This document shows, in pieces, positions 61,201-64,000 of a stretch of 64,000 nucleotides of DNA (the stretch's first letter is position 1; every line of letters starts with the position of its first letter). The translations under genes were made by a program, and so were the position numbers. The notes under the pieces are model-generated. The model ran no database searches. It was not told the origin of the DNA and saw only the letters and a list, made by a program, of their open reading frames with translations. This stretch comes from Psammoneis japonica (taxonomy: Eukaryota), in contig QPGO01000004.1 in the NCBI GenBank assembly GCA_008632985.1, positions 124,001 to 188,000 on the forward strand. Direction: 5' to 3'.

Positions 61201-64000
61201 CCAAGCTCCAACATGCAGTGAAAGCCAAAGAGCGCAAGTGGAAGCAAAGCCAGCTCTCATGCAAACCAGCTGGGTGCTTGGCTGAGCCCCTGTGCAACCA
61301 GCAGAAATTGTTCAAAGTTTGGCAGAGCTCCTTGTGGAGGCTGAGAAGAGCTGTGAATGGGTGCTGGAGACTGCAAAGGCAGAGTGTGAGCATTGCCCCT
61401 GGATGATGAAAAGCAACCATGGGACATGTGCTCAAAAAGCTCTGGCGCAGGACAGAAACACATCAAGGAGAAAATGATTGAAGCACTGTGCAGTGACCCC
61501 ACAGACAAGTCCATGCAATGTGTTGCCAAGGACACTGGAAGATGGCTCTCAATGACAAATGTCAGCAATTGGCTGCAGCTGGCCACACAAAAAGTGCACT
61601 GCACACATGGAGCACATGCTTCCTCTTTGGTGCCATGACTCCTTCAGAGCCACCGGCATTGTTGGCAAATGGAAGGTCTCTTTGGATGAACTGGGGTGAG
61701 AAATGGTTGTCAAGTTGGCTGGGGTGGAAGTGCAAAACTGCACAAGCAGCTTGGGCAGAGAAAAGCTTCTTGTGCCATGTGCACCACAGATTTCACATTG
61801 ACAAGCCCAGCTGGGTGTGCTTTTGATGGCACCAATGTTGAGAGTGGCAGCAGTGGGGAACAAAACAGCAATGCACTGGGTCCAGGGTGTGTGGACCATC
61901 ACAAAAAAGAAAGCATGCAAGAGCAGGGTTGCTGCTGACAAGGGAAATGGGGTGTGTGATGGAGAAGCTGCTGGAGAGAAAGGAGACATTTGTGCTGCTG
62001 ACTGCAACATTGTTGGATCACCCAAAGGCACTTCTGACAAGCCAAACTTCTCTTTCGTGCATGTTTTGAGAACAAGTTGTTTCCATGAGTTGAGAAGTTG
62101 TTGGCTGCCCCCAGTGGACCACATGAGGGAACATGTTTTCCAGCTCTGGCTGAGACTCCATGAGTGATGCTGGGGGCCTGCAGAGTTTGGTGTGCACAAG
62201 CTCTGCATCAAAGTCATTGGGTGATGAACAAATCAATGACTGTCAACAGCAAAAAAAAAGAGGCAGTTGTGCAATTGCACAAAATCGCTCGTGCTTGAAG
62301 CACATTGTTTCTGGTTTGCCTCAGTGTGCTGCTCTTCAGATGTCAAAAAACACACCCAACCCACCATTTTTGTTCTTAGAAACAGCAAAAACAAAACACA
62401 AATGGCTTCACAAAGTGGGGAGCAATGAAAAATTTTGCAAAGGAACTCTCATGTAGAAACACACATGTGTGACGTGCAGTGCATGATGAAAAAATGTTTG
62501 AGTGATGGTGAAGTGCTGCGGGGCCCCACCCCTTGAGCTGGAGAGGAGCACATTGGATGTGTTTGCCAAGGTGATGGCTCCACTTTCTGCCAAGACAAAG
62601 CATTTGCAGAGTGGGGCGGGCCCACCAAGGAGGTTTGGAGTGAACTCCCAAGTGCTTGCAGTTTTTTGTTCTTGCAAGTGCTTTGTCCCAGCACTGCTGC
62701 TGCATGTTTTGGGGGCTCCTGCAGGACAGCTGTGAATGTCTCTGTTGCCCCTGTGCATGACCAACTTTTTTGTGTGCCTCTGTCATGGCAAATCAAGACT
62801 CCAAAAAGGGCACAGCCAGTGCTCTCCTCATGGACATTGCTGTGTGGTGCTCCAACAACATCCTCATCCCTGAAGTTGCAAAACACCTGGACAGCACTTG
62901 TGCGGCAATGTCCCTGTCAAGCTGGGTGAAATTTCTTAGGATGAACACATGCAATCCAATGGTTGGTTTGTTAAAATGTCACTGGACATGCCCTCAATGA
63001 ACCCACCTAGCTGGAAACCAGCAGCCCTGCCAGCACATCACCTGTTTTGCTCCTCTTCAAGAAAGAGACATTCAAGGCAATGACTTCACACTGGGTGACA
63101 ACACTTTGACTTGTCTTTCATGACAGATGTTGGGATGCAACAAGATCCAACTTGCTCTCTCAAGGCTTGCCTCACAAGAGCAAACGTTGCAGTTGGCACG
63201 GTGCATGTCTTCTTTAACCAAGATGCACAGCACTCTTGCAGGAGCTGTGGAACAAGTTCTTGGACCCCCATTTCCTGCCCAAGCACCATCTGCCAAATCA
63301 GGCTCAATCAACATCTTCAATTCTGTTGATGCACTGAGCAACAGCTGTGCACACTTTGAACAGCAAGACACCTGCACTGTCTTTGCAATCAAGCTAAAAG
63401 TGCCTGTTCAACCACCATCATTTTGATCAGAAGAAGGTCTCCAACAAAGCAGTGCTCCAGATGTTGCTTGTGTGCCATTTGCCAGCAGCAATCAGTGCCA
63501 TTTGGACTGAACCAACCACCTTGTGCTGGCTGATGGAGATTGCTGCTCATCGTCAGTGCAGCAACAGGTCACAAAGCTTTGCTTTGTGAACCAAGTTTGT
63601 GCTGTGATGTTTTTGCTACATGGCACTGCTGCTGACCAGTGGCACCTCAATTTTCAGCAGTGTGCAGCTGACTGTGGATGCTGTGTTCATCCATTGTGAC
63701 ATTTCTTTTGCAACTGTGGTGAAGACTGGGGTTTCACCATCAGAAATGACCCCACTGACAACTTGCTGCAACAGATGCACACTCATTGGCTCAAGTCATT
63801 GTGCATGATTCACAAGCTGCTGCTGTGATCCCACACATTCCCCCAAAGAACAGCAGACTCCACTGTGTTGTTGCTTCTTCTTGCTGAAGCAGCAGCTGCA
63901 GCACACTGAAGCAGATTCTTTTCCAAGTGCATCCAGCATTCTGCAAGAAAGTGCACCAGGCCCAGTGGACTCTCACCCAAAACAGGGAAATCTGTCAATT
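55240..64000. other. CpG/TpA-depleted hypermutated domain 4 (runs off the window end)
   Basis: Near-complete absence of CG and TA over ~8.7 kb; most surviving TA are in TTAA/TTTA contexts. Confidence 0.88.
61620..62080 (+). mobile_element. Probable Tc1/mariner-like transposase relic
   Basis: LWMNWGEKW resembles the H(I/Y)DEKWF first-Asp motif; followed by HHRFHIDK, AFDG, DGE..EKGD..ADCN..GS.KGTSDKPNFS. Recognised from memory of algal mariner-like proteins; heavily decayed. Confidence 0.45.

Overview
Eukaryotic genomic DNA, most likely a diatom (inferred from gene-dense blocks, short GT-AG introns and a Ty1/copia relic). The window alternates between two kinds of sequence. (1) Ordinary gene blocks: two patatin-like lipases around a sulfatase, a Popeye-domain gene, an NRT2 nitrate transporter, two JmjC/cupin oxygenases, a GH1 beta-glucosidase, Nop25/Rrp17, Hsp20, a PhyH dioxygenase, three tandem class-3 lipases, PPR and TPR genes, and a large membrane-bound single-module NRPS-like gene with Pls (poly-lysine synthetase)-type architecture. 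(2) Four sharply bounded domains (about 9.3-16.8, 24.2-25.2, 27.6-37.1 and 55.2-64 kb) almost devoid of both CpG and TpA and rich in TpG/CpA. These hold decayed mobile elements: a copia RT/RNase H, a probable mariner-like transposase and a ~6.1 kb palindrome made of two head-to-head copies of a two-ORF tyrosine-recombinase element. Comparing the palindrome arms and the copia motifs shows systematic TpA->TpG/CpA changes on top of CpG->TpG/CpA. This suggests a transposon-targeted hypermutation process distinct from fungal RIP, and it is the most notable signal here. Several genes carry 1-2 bp frameshifts that look like assembly errors. All calls are by motif recognition only; domain boundaries are approximate.
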